Assembly: GCA_964016885.1 (NCBI GenBank)
Contig: OZ024746.1
Location: 4,774,001 to 4,838,000 of the forward strand
Reading direction: 5' to 3'
DNA from: Eledone cirrhosa
Lineage: Eukaryota
DNA length: 64,000 nt
The translations under genes and the position numbers were made by a program. The first letter of the stretch is position 1. Each line of letters opens with the position of its first letter. Positions 1 to 12,916 of the stretch are shown one piece after another. The notes under the pieces were generated by a model that did no database searches, had not been told where the DNA came from, and worked only from the letters and a program-made list of their open reading frames with translations.

Positions 1-224
1 CAAAGGCTAAGTACCACCAAGACATTTTGTGTGAAGCTCAAATAATTCCAACAATCTACAATTGGTTACATAAGATGTTCAGTGGGGAGGGGTAATTTAT
101 CAATGTATGCATAGGAAAAAGAGCAAACAAAATAGAGAAAAAAAAATTAAATAGCGAAAGTAAGAGTAAAAAGGAGGGCGTGGCTGACTACACTCTAGGA
201 GGTATATCTCAGCTGCACCCTGTG

Positions 225-870
225 GACAACATGGGAAAGGCATTGACATGGAGAACAGCCAGTGACACCTGCTGCATCAACCACACTACCTCACTGGACT
301 CCATCCTCAAGAAGGATACACTCCTCCTTATATGGAGAACAACAGCAATTCAGGTGCCGAGGACACTAAGGTATTCAATGGCAACTATCATGCAAAGCTA
401 TATCTTCCTCTTCTCTCAATTATGGCTGGCAGTGCCCAGGTTTCTGGCCAAAATGGCAAGGTTGCAGGAAGAGAATGTGTCACATGTGGCATTCTAAATT
501 AGCAGTTTACCTCCCTTAAATGAGAAATGGATTATCCCACCTGGGCACTTACCATCACCACGGTTGCGGTTGACTGGCTCCAGTTGTGACAGGAAACCAG
601 CTGTGTCAAGGCTCCTACTGATTGATGTTGTTCAATGCAGTGTGTCAAGGGAACCACCTGCACAGTGGCAGCAAGAGAATGGGTGTTGTTTGACCTCATC
701 AACCATGGTTCCATTAGGGCATTTGTATGGCTCATACACATGGAGGCCAAGATTGTGGGCCATTCTGAAGCAGGTGCTTTCATCATCAAAGAGGGTATTG
801 GTTGATGAGGAAGCACCGAATTGAGCCAAGCACTGTTATTTGGCTGTGTGGAAGAATGAGGGTAGGTGAG
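225..870 (-). mobile_element. Decayed CRE/SLACS-clade non-LTR retrotransposon, C-terminal Zn-knuckle and restriction-like endonuclease region
   Basis: Minus-strand translation across stops and frameshifts gives SAWLNSV..., EPYKCPNGTMVDEVKQHPFSC, GFLSQLEPVNRNRGDGKCPGG...GGKLLI*NATCDTF, EKRKI...VAIEYLSVLG and WLMQQVSLAVLHVNA. These match the CRE-type series LEP..R.DGKRPDG...LVWDATC.DT / AIET.G / QRLS.A..RGNA. Confidence 0.75.
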
Positions 871-1662
871 ATGGTGTTGATTCAATACTATGACCACATC
901 TCATTAAAAATGTAAGTCTTCTCTCTAATACAGCAAATTGTCACATCAAACATTTGAACTAACTTGTTTTTAGATATGTTCTGCCCAATCATTACAAGAT
1001 GTTAAGAGTTAAAGTAAGTGTACTCTAAATGAAGGTAATTTCTTTTATTAGCTAACCAGAAAGGGGAGGGAACAGAGCCCACAATCTTTGTAAGCACTCC
1101 TAAACTTGTGAGATTGGCTGGCTTAACTTTAATAGATCAACAACTGCAGAAATAAATGTGAGGACAGAGGGAACTCCATTATTGCTGCAACTATAGGGCA
1201 GGATGTTTAAATTATTTTTCTTTTACTAATTTCAGTCATTGGGTAGTAGTCATGCAGGTGCACTAACTTCAAGGGGTTTACCAATTTTATTGCTCTCATT
1301 ATTTTGCCTGATACATATTTTATTGATATCAAAACTCTACTAAAGTGGGTGTAACTTGACAAGTATATGTGTTCAATGCTACAATTTATCATGAACACAC
1401 TCATACATACATATAAAGGGCTTTACAAAGGGTTTATGTCATACACATAGTTACACAAATATATATAATCATCATCAACAGTTATACAAGCAGATTTGTC
1501 CATATTGGAATGAGTTGGAGGCAGAATTCTATGACCAGTTTCCTCACACCATCCTTTTTAAAGTAACATACAGGTAACTGCATGTCTAACTGTTAAGCTG
1601 CCAGGTTCCTGATTATGTAGTACATAGACAAATATCTCCACATGTGATAACCATACACACAC

Positions 1663-1702
<40 letters not shown>

Positions 1703-1704
<2 letters not shown>

Positions 1705-2048
1705 TTATCATCATTATCATTTTTACGTCCGCTTTTTCCATGCTTGCAAGGGTGGGACGGGAACTGATTCTGGCTTGATTTCTACAGCTGGATGCCCTTC
1801 CTAACACCAACCTCATTTACAGTGAGTGCTGGGTGCTTTTTTTGCCGTGTCACCTCCACGACCACTTTGCAGTGGAATGATAGGGACCCCAGTCTTTATC
1901 ATCTCATTTCTACAGCTGAGTAAACTGGAGCAATGTGAAATAAAGTGTCTTGCTCAAGGAAACAACACATCACCCGGTCTGAGAATTGAACTCACAACCT
2001 TTCGATTCCAAGCCTAATGCTCTAATCACTAAGCCATGTGCCTCCTTC
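1703..2048 (-). mobile_element. SINE family B (tRNA-like head, CCTTGAGCAAGACACTT central domain, RTE-type tail ending in (GAT)n)
   Basis: Reverse complement has A box TGGCTTAGTGA, B box GTTCAATTC, GGTGTTAGGAAGGGCATCCAGC and tail CGGACGTAAAA(ATG)n; homologous to 19697-20040 and 62157-62599. Confidence 0.85.
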
Positions 2049-2202
2049 ATATATATATAACAAAGGAATTGTGGTAAGGAACCAAATGGACCATAATGCA
2101 CCAGAGTACTCAATACTTAGCGTAGTAGAGTGGGAAATAGAAAAAAGTCCAGAAATAGCCGTGGAAACGGCTTGAGCTCTGCCGTCGGGGTCATACTTTT
2201 TC

Positions 2203-2203
2203 C

Positions 2204-2259
<56 letters not shown>

Positions 2260-2916
2260 ACAAGCTTTTTTACAAAAACCAACCGGAAGGAGACCCAGTG
2301 GTAGGCTCTGAAAAAGAAGGGTAGATTACATCCATGAGCTTGGCTGGTCTCACTTGGAGATCCAGCCGGATCAGTTGGAGACGGTTGCTTCTGACAGGAC
2401 CTTGCTGGAAGGAGGAGGAGGAGGAGGAGGAGGAGGAGGAGGAGGAGAAGGAGGAGGGGAGGAGGAGGAGAAGGAGGAGGGGAGAAGGAGGAGGAGAAGA
2501 AATAGGTCTCTTTTTTTATCTTTCTTAACTTGCACACCATTACTTTTTTTCTTTTTTCTTTGAAACATCAATGTTTATAATTGACTCCACCCAGATGAGC
2601 TGCTGTAGGTGCTGCTGTAGGTGCTGCTGTAGGTGCTGCTGCTGCTACAACTACTAGCAATAAGACACCAGTAACCTATATATAAAAAGAACTTCCCAAA
2701 AAGCTAGGAGGGAGGGAAACAATTCAGCTTTGTGACTGCAGACAATAACTTTAGCAGGGAATTAATGACAGTTTGTAAGCAAACACTTGTCTAGTGATAT
2801 AGCCTAAATAACTGGAGGACAACTGTTTATGGAGGGAGAGAGAGATAGGGGGAGAGATAGAGAGATAAAGAGAGAGAGATAGGGAGAGGGAGAGATAGGG
2901 AGAGATAAATAAACAG

Positions 2917-2964
<48 letters not shown>

Positions 2965-3049
2965 AGAGAGAAATAGAAAGAGACTATAGTTGACCAAGCA
3001 GGCATTCATACATACATACACACATACATATATGCATACACACACACAC

Positions 3050-3081
<32 letters not shown>

Positions 3082-3620
3082 GCATACACACACACACACA
3101 TACATTCATACATACACACATACATACATACATACATACACACATACATACATACATACATACACACATACATACATACATACATACATACATACATAAG
3201 AGAATTGTTATAGCAGTAGGTATGACAAGGGTGGTAAGGTGGAAGGAAGGAATGAAGAGAAAAGGAAGAGGAGAAAACGGCCACCACCACCACCTCTAGC
3301 AACCACCACCACCACCACCACCACCACCACCGCCTCTAGCAACCACCACCACCACCACCACCACCACCACCGCCTCTAGCAACCACCACCACCACCACCG
3401 CCACCACCACCACCACCACCACCACCACCACCACCACCACCACCACCACCGCCTCTAGCAACCACCGCCACCACCACCGCCACCACCACCGCCGCCAGAC
3501 ACACACAGGAAATGGGCGTGAAACAAATAGAGACAAAACTTTTTGTCTGACCTTAATTGTGGTGGGACATTTGACTGGCATCAGATGTTGCAGGTAGAGA
3601 GAGAGAGAGAGAGAGAGATG
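2203..3620. repeat. Microsatellite cluster: (GT)n, (GGA)n, (GA)n, (ACAT)n, (CCA)n
   Basis: Directly visible simple repeats; source of many spurious ORFs. Confidence 0.95.
2270..2410 (+). mobile_element. 3' fragment of an older RTE (Expander/Rex3-like) LINE
   Basis: Translates KPTGRRPSGR...DYIHELGWSHLEIQPDQLETVASDR; related copies at 26160, about 34250 and 56760. Confidence 0.65.
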
Positions 3621-5386
3621 TAGTGTAAAGATGGTAACCATAGAATAGGTTTTCATATCTGTGCAAGTTTTAGAGGGGCCCTGTCCACTGCAATATTAAG
3701 GGTATTTTACAACATACACCATCTTCAACACCACCACAATCATTATTACAACCAACACTAATAAATATCATGTTAATAAAATATATAATTATCACGTATA
3801 CTAATGAGGGAGCATCTATGTGGTTATTTAACCTACTAGAAACAACAGCCAAATTTCCCTCAAATCACAACCAAGGCATATTGGATGATGTAGTCCAGGT
3901 TGCACAAGTTGTAAAAAGATAAAAAGAATGATTGAAGCCAAATAAACATGCTTAAGGCATGAAGAGGCAGGGGGGGGGGGGGGGGGGGGCATTTTATTTA
4001 AATTAAATGTATTTGTCATTCCAATTTTTTTTTCTTTTTAGCAGACTATACACATGTATGACACCACAGGGCCTCAAAAGAGTTTAATCTGGTCCTCCAT
4101 ATCTCTAAATATCTTTGATAATATCTATTCAATCACCACTGACCTGGAGCTAATCAACATACATAACATATACAATAGCGTGGAAAATTAAACGATGATA
4201 CATAACATATATAATAGTTATAATACACTGATGACAGTAAAAACCCACATGGTAAACCCTTTTTTCCACTCCAAATGTTGTGACACTTTCTCTGGTGTCA
4301 ACTTCATTATTTTGGCCAAAACCCTGGCTGAGGAACAAAAGATGAGCTAAATACCAGGCATTGATGAGCATTTCCTTTTTATGCTGGATGATCTCCCTTT
4401 GTTGTCCATCTCTGGACAGCCATTTTCCTTTGCCAAATCAAGAAGAAAGCACCAAACTTAAAGGAGGAGACCCTTGGTATGGAAGGAGTAATGGAGTGGG
4501 TGTCACTGGTAATATTTTCACCATCTTATTTGCTATATATAGCTGAGATATACCATCCAGCCAAGGATCTAGAATATTCCTCTAACATTTTTTTGTCCTT
4601 ATACAATCAAGGTAATTTTCAATTACATACAGAATTGAGTATAAGAAAGGGTTGGGAGAACCTTCATTTGTGTCAAAGACATGACAACCTCCCCTGTGCA
4701 CTCAGTAGAACATGAGACCATACATAAGTGAGATAACAGATACCTGGCTTGTCTGGGAGATCAGTAGCTACCACTTCACTACTGACTTGATCTATGTAGA
4801 CCCATCCAAGCTTTGTTAGCAGAGAAAGTGATGTTAAAACGATGATGATGACTAGCTGATACAGATCTATTGACAGCAGTGCTAGTGGAAATGGTGATTG
4901 AATCACCACCTCACCCCCTTAAGTTGGTTCTATTTCAGCTAACAACCTAAGACAAAGGTAGATATTTGAAACATTTTGTTTACTCTGAGTAGAATAACTT
5001 TCATTGTTTGGTCTCATATCAGCTCTGTTCAAGATCTATAATCAAATCACTCCAGCCATGACCATTCTATCTTATTTTCAGATAATGCATCAAAGACATT
5101 ATCTAGTGTGCCGTTCCTTTTTTTTTCAAAACAAAAGTGTATATTTTTTTAGGAGAATTTGGCAACTATTTCAAGCAGTTTAAGTGTCCATGAAGATGGT
5201 TTCTTGCTGGCTCATTTGGTAACAGTTTGTTTTCTTTGCTAGCATTCCTTGTTAGACAGATGAATGTGTCTGAGCATGTTTCTATATCAAAGATTTCAGA
5301 GTCTTAGACTGGACCAAATGCAGCATTAGAGACATTCAGGCCATTTACTAAATAGACTTGAATTTTGTTAATATACCAAGAAAATA

Positions 5387-5533
5387 ATTGTTTATATTTT
5401 TGGCACAAGGCCAGCAATTATCCCAGTGTATTACTGGTACTTTATTTTATTGACCCTGTAAGGATGAAAGGCAAAGTTAACCTCGGTGGGATTTGAACTC
5501 AGACCATAAAGGGTCGTAACTCTTTGCTGCAAA
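5387..5533 (-). mobile_element. SINE family A (tRNA-derived, Nin/DeuSINE-like core), partial
   Basis: Reverse complement has GAGTTCAAATCCC and CTTTGCCTTTCATCCTTACAGGGTCAATAAAATAAAGTACC. Confidence 0.8.
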
Positions 5534-5639
5534 GAAGAAAATAATAAAAAAACAATTCTCTAAAAGTATTATTTAGGGAGCAGGGAGGACAGGTCTGCTT
5601 TTAAACTGTTTCAGTTATCAGAGATGGACCAGTATCAGT

Positions 5640-5890
5640 TTCAATGATGAGTGTTTCAATCAACAAAAAAGCTTGCTCATGAAATTAACATATAAGTGAC
5701 TGAGCATTCCACAGACATGTGTACTCTGAACATAATTCTCAGGGAGATTCAACATGACAGTGTGTAACAAAGCTGACCCTTTGAATTACAGGTACAGTCT
5801 ATCTTGTAGTATAGTGTAAGTGTCTGAGCATTCCACAGACATGTGTACCCTTAATGTAATCCTCAGGGAGATTCAACATAACACAGATGC
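5640..5890. mobile_element. Interspersed repeat (probable SINE domain) with internal duplication
   Basis: The motif CTGAGCATTCCACAGACATGTGTAC...CTCAGGGAGATTCAACAT occurs twice here and again at about 53150-53250. Confidence 0.6.
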
Positions 5891-6619
5891 CAAGTTCTGA
5901 TATGTTACTGAAACTGTTAAAGATAGTAGCTAAATCTTCCTCAAATCATATACCTGGCAGATTGAAAAAAGGGAGAACATATTGAACAATGTGGTCCCTG
6001 CTATACAAAAAGGTAGGATGTTCGTGGTTGGAATGCCTTCTAAAGGAACCTCAGAGTGGTCACACAAACAGTTAAATATAGCAGTTAAATTTCCTCCCTC
6101 AAGTCACATACCCAAGAGTCTTTAAAATGGTACTGGGATGGTACCAGCTAGAATACCTTTCATCATACGTCTGCTCTATTATGGCTAAACTGAGGGTAAT
6201 AAACAACGATAGTATATTGAAAATATATTAAAATAATTTGTTTAAAATACAGACTTCCTTCCTATTCAGCTGTAAGGAAGTGAAAATAAATAGGAAAAAA
6301 GGAACCTAAAATATGCAGCTCTAAAGCTAAGTTGGAGAGAAGTGGAAGTAGAACGAAAGAGATATTGGAGAAAGTGTATAACCTAACAGGGAATAACAAA
6401 TTCTAATATTAACCTTTTTATGGCTGGGTTTCTAATAAAATACACTATTTCAATTAATAAAGCATTTCAAGGAATTTACTAAAGTTATTAAATATTTTAT
6501 TACTAAGTAACCCATGCTAGCGTGGAAAGTGGACATTAAACAAGGATGATGATGATGATAAGACAGTAACTTAACAAAAAGGATTTTAAATCAAATTATG
6601 TTATAAACTTTTAATTTAA

Positions 6620-6819
6620 ACCTTTAGCATTTACGTTACTCTAGATTTACTGTTGTATTTTCACAGTAAAGGTTTTACCTTACATAATTATCTCACATAG
6701 TATCTAATCTACAAGATTTTGATATTTATTTTAAGAACAATACCTTAACGTCAGTATGAGCAGCTGGTTACAGCTGGTTTAAACAGAAAGAGGTGAGAGA
6801 ATTCTGGCCAGATATGGCC
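6620..6819 (-). mobile_element. MITE family C (piggyBac-type), truncated
   Basis: Homologous to 12447-12667 in reverse orientation; one end is replaced by a 20-bp tandem array. Confidence 0.8.
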
Positions 6820-7023
6820 AAGCAATGGTCACCCTTTCCAAGCAATGGTCACCCTTTCAAGGTAATAGTCACCCTTTCAAGGTAATAGTCACCCTTTCAA
6901 AGCAATGGTCACCCTTTCAAAGCAATGGTCACCCTTTCCAAGTAATGGTCACCCTTTCCAAGTAATGGTTACCCTTTCAAAGCAATGGTGTCACCCTTTC
7001 AAAGCAATGGTCACCCTTTCCAA
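6820..7023. repeat. 20-bp minisatellite AGCAATGGTCACCCTTTCCA, about 10 copies
   Basis: Visible tandem units. Confidence 0.9.
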
Positions 7024-7372
7024 ACAAGATCAAATTCAATTTAGTGGAATAACTAACAAGCCTAATGTCTTTGTAACAAAATATAGAATAAATAACAAAT
7101 AGTAGAAATAATATTTTTATAGTTGCAATACAAAGTACCACAAAGTGTTCAGCTCTAGAGAAGGTTATCAGAGTAGAAAAACTAAGTTGTTAAATGTTTT
7201 TGATGTTTCCATTGATATCTGAACAATTAATTGTACCTTGTGGAATTAACACTGGCTGATGATAGCTCAACAAGGTATCTTATTGAAAACCAGTCAGATT
7301 AAGTGGACCACTGATTTTATTCCTTTATGTAAATGGCAACACAATGAGATAGTTCAGTAGATAGAAGTTTAT

Positions 7373-7591
7373 CCCTTTAGCATTTACATTACTCTATATA
7401 CACTATTGTATTTTTGTGTAAAGGCTTTATCCTACATAATTATCTCACATAATATTGAATCTATGTGATTTTGATATTATTCATTTTGAGAACAATACCT
7501 TAACATCAGTATGAGTGTTTGTTACAACAGGTTTGAACAGAAAGAGGTGAGAGAATTCTGGCCAGATATGGCCAGTTTAAATGCTAAAGGT
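7373..7591 (-). mobile_element. MITE family C (piggyBac-type)
   Basis: TIRs CCCTTTAGCATTTA / TAAATGCTAAAGG with flanking TTAA-like sites. Confidence 0.85.
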
Positions 7592-8376
7592 TTAAACTAC
7601 CAGTTGAATGGTTGTTATTTCAAATGAGCTATAGGTAAGCTGTTTCTAGGTAGAACACTTAATTTTACGTTAGCACTTAACATCCTGTATTACATGAAAC
7701 CATATTACCAAGACATTCTTGAAAAGAATATAACATCTTAAAGAGAGAATCACATTACAAATTGATTAAAAGTCTTTACTCTAACCCTGCAAGTCTTCAC
7801 AACAATCTGTTCACTAATAAAAAATACTAAATTATATGTAAGAACCTTTGTTAAGTTGCAAAACATTTAATAATGGGAAACTTAGTTCTTTTACAAAATC
7901 ACTGCAAATGTTTGATTATTTGAAAACCATAGGCAGTGTCTTTCATGAGAAACATGGTGATGTAAGGGCTGATGTATTTTTATGTTAAGTCTGGATGTTG
8001 TGAGATCATCATCATCATTTTACGTCCGCTTTTCCCTGCTTGCAAAGGTGGGACAAGTGATTATATATGGAATGTCAGGCACTATGTGGTTTAGTACAAT
8101 AACTGTGTTCTTTAAATATTTAGGTGGTCTTTTTAGTATTTAGAGTGAAATGCACTATTTTGTGTTCCTACTTCATGGTTAACTGGTTAGCAACATGAAG
8201 GGTATCCAGTTGTAGAAAATATTATTGTTCCAACAATATGCAAATAAACATATTTGCATTCCATTTGTAATAATAGCGTAGCAAAATTAATGTAAAATAA
8301 TTTTCCTTCTCTTTTTTTGTTTGTGTCATTTATTCTTTTTCCTAAGCACAGTAAGAATATAAGAGTGAAATGTCTA

Positions 8377-8624
8377 CTCTCAGGTTTTGAATAACCACCC
8401 ACCAAATTTTGCTAATCTATTTCTGGCAAAATGTTATTGATACACCAACTGGAGAATCTAATAATGATTATTTTACACTAAAAAAAAACATTATATATGA
8501 CAAAAAAAAAGAACATTACAAGAAACCCCATATTTACGAACGTAGACTATACAATTACCAATTTCCCCCGTATAAGAATTTAAGCAAATGTCCAACTCCC
8601 CCTTGTTATTTTGGACCTGAGAAT
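8377..8624. mobile_element. TA-flanked MITE-like element (Tc1/mariner/pogo-type termini)
   Basis: TACTCTCAGG...CCTGAGAATA inverted ends; related termini at about 30827, 44807-44918 and 52935-52956. Confidence 0.45.
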
Positions 8625-8914
8625 ACATCAAAGATTTCATCTTGCTGGGGCCTTTAGTAAAATATTTATAGTAAAGTATTTATAGTAAAGTATTTATAGT
8701 AATATAATTGTTTCTACTTTTGGAACAAGGCCAGCAATTATCCCAGTGCATTACTGGTACTTTATTTTATCGACCCCGTAAGGATGAAAGGCAAAGTTAA
8801 GCGGGATACACACAATTATGTGTGGTCACTCTGTTCCCTACTACGGCAACTCATGAAATACTTACATAAATCTTGAAGTATAAAAATATAAGCTACTATT
8901 AATAATAGTCTCGA

Positions 8915-9122
8915 GAGAAGTGAATTGGTAGAGCATCAGACACCATGCTTCACGGCATAGAGTTACGGCCCTTTACGTTCCGAGGACAAATCCCGCCAAG
9001 CTTTGACTTTCATCCTTACAGGGTCAATTAAATAAAGTACCAGTAATGCACTGGGAATCGATTTAATCAACTTTCTCCTCCCCCAAAATTGTTGGCCTTG
9101 TGCCTAAATCAGAAACCATTAT
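8915..9122 (+). mobile_element. SINE family A
   Basis: CTTTCATCCTTACAGGGTCAA core and GGCCTTGTGCC...AGAAAC tail. Confidence 0.75.
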
Positions 9123-10119
9123 TACACTCCCCCCTCCCCACTATAGGAAAAGACTATTGTCAAAAATTGATTCCTTAATTAAACACAAGTCTAAAGTATG
9201 AGTCGATCTTATGTACATTCCTTTTTCAAGTAACTTACATTAAAAATTGTATTTTTTTTAAACTTAAAAAAAACACACAGAAAATGTCACCAAAATTTGT
9301 TCATTTATTTATCTCAGGAGAAAGAAATGGTGAAATATTCTGAAATATTAGAAAGAGATAATATTTCTAAAATGTCCAATTATCTGGGTATTTCCCCTGG
9401 AATCAACTCATTACAGGGAATATTTTCACTAAGAAAATTATGTTCTCCATGTTTCTGTGGTATTTTTTAAAGTCTGTCAGTTTGTTTATTTCTTTACTTG
9501 CTGTAGATCATTTGTTTTAATAATAGCATTCACTGAAAATGTCAGAGTTATTAAATAAATGTAAACCTTACATCATTCACCAAACACAGCTACTCTTCAG
9601 CTTCCAACTACTACACAGAACACTTCCTAGAAGTCAGAATAATTACTCTACAAATATTTCAGAAGACAATTAATGAAGAGTAAATCTGCCCTATTTTGGG
9701 GATATAATGAAGAAAATGAAAATCACATGTATAATCCCAAAGTATCTTTGCTTTAGGGAAAATAAGAATGTAATTACTGACATAAAACTGGGTGTAACAT
9801 TTCAACAACCAAAATGTACTGTTGGTGTAGGGAGTTGTTTTTAGGAGCTGGTCATGTTCCCTGTGGCATGTAATCAACACTTCGAAACTGACCTAACCCT
9901 AACCCTAACGCTCAGTTTTCAGAATAAAGTAATTGATATTAGAAACTATGAAAATTGCAGCTGAATTCAAATTACAGAATATCTTTACCTGCCAAACAAT
10001 AGTTTAGAGGTTCTTGTCTCACAACCAGCTCTATATCCCAGCAAAGATATTTTCAATGATTCAGTTTGATGGTTTGGGGTTTTTTTTTAGTATCTTGACT
10101 AAAGTTGAATTCAGATACT

Positions 10120-10423
10120 TTTCTACATGTATAGTAAATGTAGTGGGAAACTGCTATAGTGTAGTGTACTTTACCACGTGTAGTAAATGTTGTAGGAAAC
10201 TGCTATAGTGTATTGTACTTTACCACATGTGTAGTAAATGTTGTAGGAAACTGCTATAGTGTAGTGTACTTTACCACATGTGTAGTAAATGTAATAGGAA
10301 ACTGCTATAGTGTATTGTACTTTACCACATGTGTAGTAAATGTTGTAGGAAACTGCTATAGCGTAGTGTACTTTACCACATGGGTAGTAAATGTAATAGG
10401 AAACTGCTATAGTGTATTGTACT
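10120..10423. repeat. 51-bp minisatellite, about 6 copies
   Basis: Unit TTTACCACATGTGTAGTAAATGTTGTAGGAAACTGCTATAGTGTAGTGTAC. Confidence 0.9.
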
Positions 10424-10769
10424 TTTCTTTGTGAAACACTTCATAAAGACAGCCTGGTTGGTGATGTTTTAATGACTCAATAGTTTACAGGAGACAACTA
10501 CTAACTAAACTCTCAGAAGAGCTGAAGAACAGAAGGTTTTCAGAGAAGAACTGCGCCTCCCCCCCCCCCCCCCCCCGCCACTTCAAGCGAGTGTTTCGGC
10601 CCTAGACTGGCATGACAAATAAACAAGAAATATATAAATTATAACATAACCTAGACTTTTCCATGTGTGTGATCCACATTTTCACAAGTATTTGAGTTAC
10701 TTCTTTAACCCTTTAAACTGGCATTATCCAGCCAAAATTCTCTCTCCATTCTCTACAAACCTACATTAA

Positions 10770-11170
10770 CCCTTTAGCATTTAAACCGGCCATATCTGGC
10801 CAGAATTCTCTCACCCCTTTCTCTTCAAACTGGACACTTATACCTACATTCAGATATTGTTCTCAAAATAAATAATTGTTTCTACTTTTGGCACAAGGCC
10901 AGCAATTACCCAGTACATTACTGGTACTTTATTTTATCGACCCCGTTCTCAAAATAAATAATATCAAAATCTCATAGATTTGATATTATGTGAGAATACC
11001 ACAAAAATATGATGGTATATATGGAGTAATCTAAATGGTAAAGGGTTAAGATATCGTTCTTAAAATTAACAATATCATTATCAAAATCTTGTTGATTTGA
11101 GATTATGTGAGATAAAGCCTTTACTGTGAAAATACAATAGTATATATAGAGTAATGTAAATGGTAAAGGG
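10770..11170 (+). mobile_element. MITE family C with an inserted SINE A fragment and duplicated 3' end
   Basis: TTAA-CCCTTTAGC start; SINE A piece at 10874-10945; two ...AAAGGG-TTAA ends at 11045 and 11170. Confidence 0.75.
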
Positions 11171-11507
11171 TTAAATGAACTGGAATTCTGAATCATGTTC
11201 TTGTATTTTCAACTATAATGGTAAGTACAACTTATTTTTGTATGGGTCACATAATTCATATGGTACTCCAGCATGGCTGTAGCCAACTAGCTGGAACCAG
11301 TAAAAGAATAAATGAAGAATACTAAATTTGGTCTTCTACATCAGTTAGTTTCATGTTGCAGCAGAAAAATAAAATAATTTATTAAATGAATTATATCCTC
11401 TCTTTTTTTTGTTTCAATATTTATTCTTCATAGAATTACTTCAGAAATAATTGTTAAAAGATTTACATGCAAGTATAGAAAATAGACCTAAAATGTATTT
11501 TACTTAC

Positions 11508-11625
11508 CAAGTGTATGGAGCTTAGTGAAGTTTATCCTTAGATTGGTAAGTTTCAAGAGATCCTGTACTTCTGAGCTGTATGGGTTACCAATACTGATGG
11601 ATGTTGACAAAACTTGAAAGACTAC
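11508..11625 (-). CDS. LAMB1: Laminin beta chain, coding exon (C-terminal part of LN domain), 118 bp
   Basis: tttcag acceptor and gtaagt donor; translates VVFQVLSTSISIGNPYSSEVQDLLKLTNLRINFTKLHTL-G, continuing in phase 0 from ...PSTRGE and matching laminin beta LLKITNLRI.F.KLHTLG. Confidence 0.93.
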
Positions 11626-11705
11626 CTGAAATGAGAAATCCAAATATATCAACAATTACTAAATAAAAGATAAAAATTAAGTACATATCACTCCACCATA
11701 ATTAA

Positions 11706-11908
11706 CTCTTTAGTATTTAAACAAGCTGTATCCGGCCAGAATTCTCTCACTTCTTTCTGTTCAAACTGGTCGTAACTGGCTGCTCATACTGACATTAAGG
11801 TATTGTTCTCAAAATAAATAACATCAAAATGATATTATGTGAGATAATTATGTAAGATAAAGCCTTTACCACAAAAATACAATAGTAAATATAACATAAT
11901 GTAAATGG
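11706..11908 (+). mobile_element. MITE family C
   Basis: Homologous to 12447-12667 with TTAA flanks. Confidence 0.8.
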
Positions 11909-12039
11909 TTAACATAACAAAGACATTCCTTTCCATCTTATTCAAAGTGTTTCTTTCCACAAGTGACATTACCTGCCTCAGTTATATCTAGTTAGTAAAT
12001 AAACACCACTTCAATTTTTATGTCAAGGGTTTGTAATGT

Positions 12040-12252
12040 TTGCTTCTGATTTAGGCACAAAGCCAACAATTTGAGGGAAGGGAAAGTCAATTAAATCGAC
12101 CCTAGTGCATTACTGGTACTTTATTTTATCAACCTTGTAAGGATGAAAGGCAAAGCTAGCCTCAGCAGCATTTGAACTCAGATCGGAAAGGGCCATAACT
12201 CTGTGCCATAAAGCATGTTGTCCAACACTCCACCGATACTGCTAATCTACCG
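12040..12252 (-). mobile_element. SINE family A
   Basis: Reverse-complement core and B box present. Confidence 0.75.
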
Positions 12253-12446
12253 TATTGAAATTTACAACGTGGCATCAAAGTGGAAATGGAACTTAATACA
12301 TCATTCTTAAACTTCCCAACTTCACTTTACATACTTTAAATACACAACAGTACACTATCACTAAATACACAACAGTACACAACACGAAATGTGGTCAACA
12401 TAAAAGTTTGTATTTCAAGTTAATATGCAACAAATTTGGTCTTTAA

Positions 12447-12667
12447 CCCTTTAGCATTTAAACCAGCCATATCTGGCCAGAATTTTCTCACCTCTTTCTG
12501 TTCAAACCAGCTGTAACTGGCCACTCATACTGATGTTAAGGTATTGTTCTCAAAATAAATGATATCAAAATCATGTAGATTCGATATTATGTGAGATAAC
12601 TATGTGAGATAAAGCCTTTACCGTGAAAATACAATAGTATATATAGAGTAATGTAAATGCTAAAGGG
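12447..12667 (+). mobile_element. MITE family C (piggyBac-type), complete, 221 bp
   Basis: TTAA TSDs at 12443-12446 and 12668-12671; 14-bp TIRs CCCTTTAGCATTTA / TAAATGCTAAAGGG. Confidence 0.9.
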
Positions 12668-12916
12668 TTAAGATTTCAAAATAAAATATCCTGGCTTTCA
12701 AACTACTTAATCCATATCATTAACTCTGAAACAGTAAATAAATTATCACTAAATATATGCAGCAAGTCTCTGACTAATCTAGTTTTCCTATCTTGCCTTC
12801 CTCAGTCATTTAAATAAGAGGAAAACCAAACCAACAGACCATAAGCAAAACAAAGGGAAATTTGGTGTAATGGATGTGGCTGTCTTGTTGTATTCGGAGA
12901 GATATTTTATATAACA

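Noticed and set aside
532-897. Cys-rich ORFs as possible laminin EGF-like (LE) exons
   Set aside because: No LE cysteine spacing or consistent splice sites; motifs match a CRE-type retrotransposon
2022-3656. Low-complexity ORFs (poly-P/L/E/G/V, HT/VC repeats)
   Set aside because: Microsatellite translations
4230-4900. Higher-complexity stretch, possibly an exon or old element
   Set aside because: No recognisable motif, splice-bounded frame or repeat homolog found by eye
7250-7300. CTGATGA...GAAA...GTC on the plus strand
   Set aside because: Stems I and II do not pair convincingly
9893-9909. (CCCTAA)n telomere-like repeat, also (TTAGGG)n at about 55011-55027
   Set aside because: Only about 3 units; too short to call an interstitial telomere
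12768-12810. CTGAGGA...GAAA...GTC on the minus strand
   Set aside because: No stem II or stem I pairing
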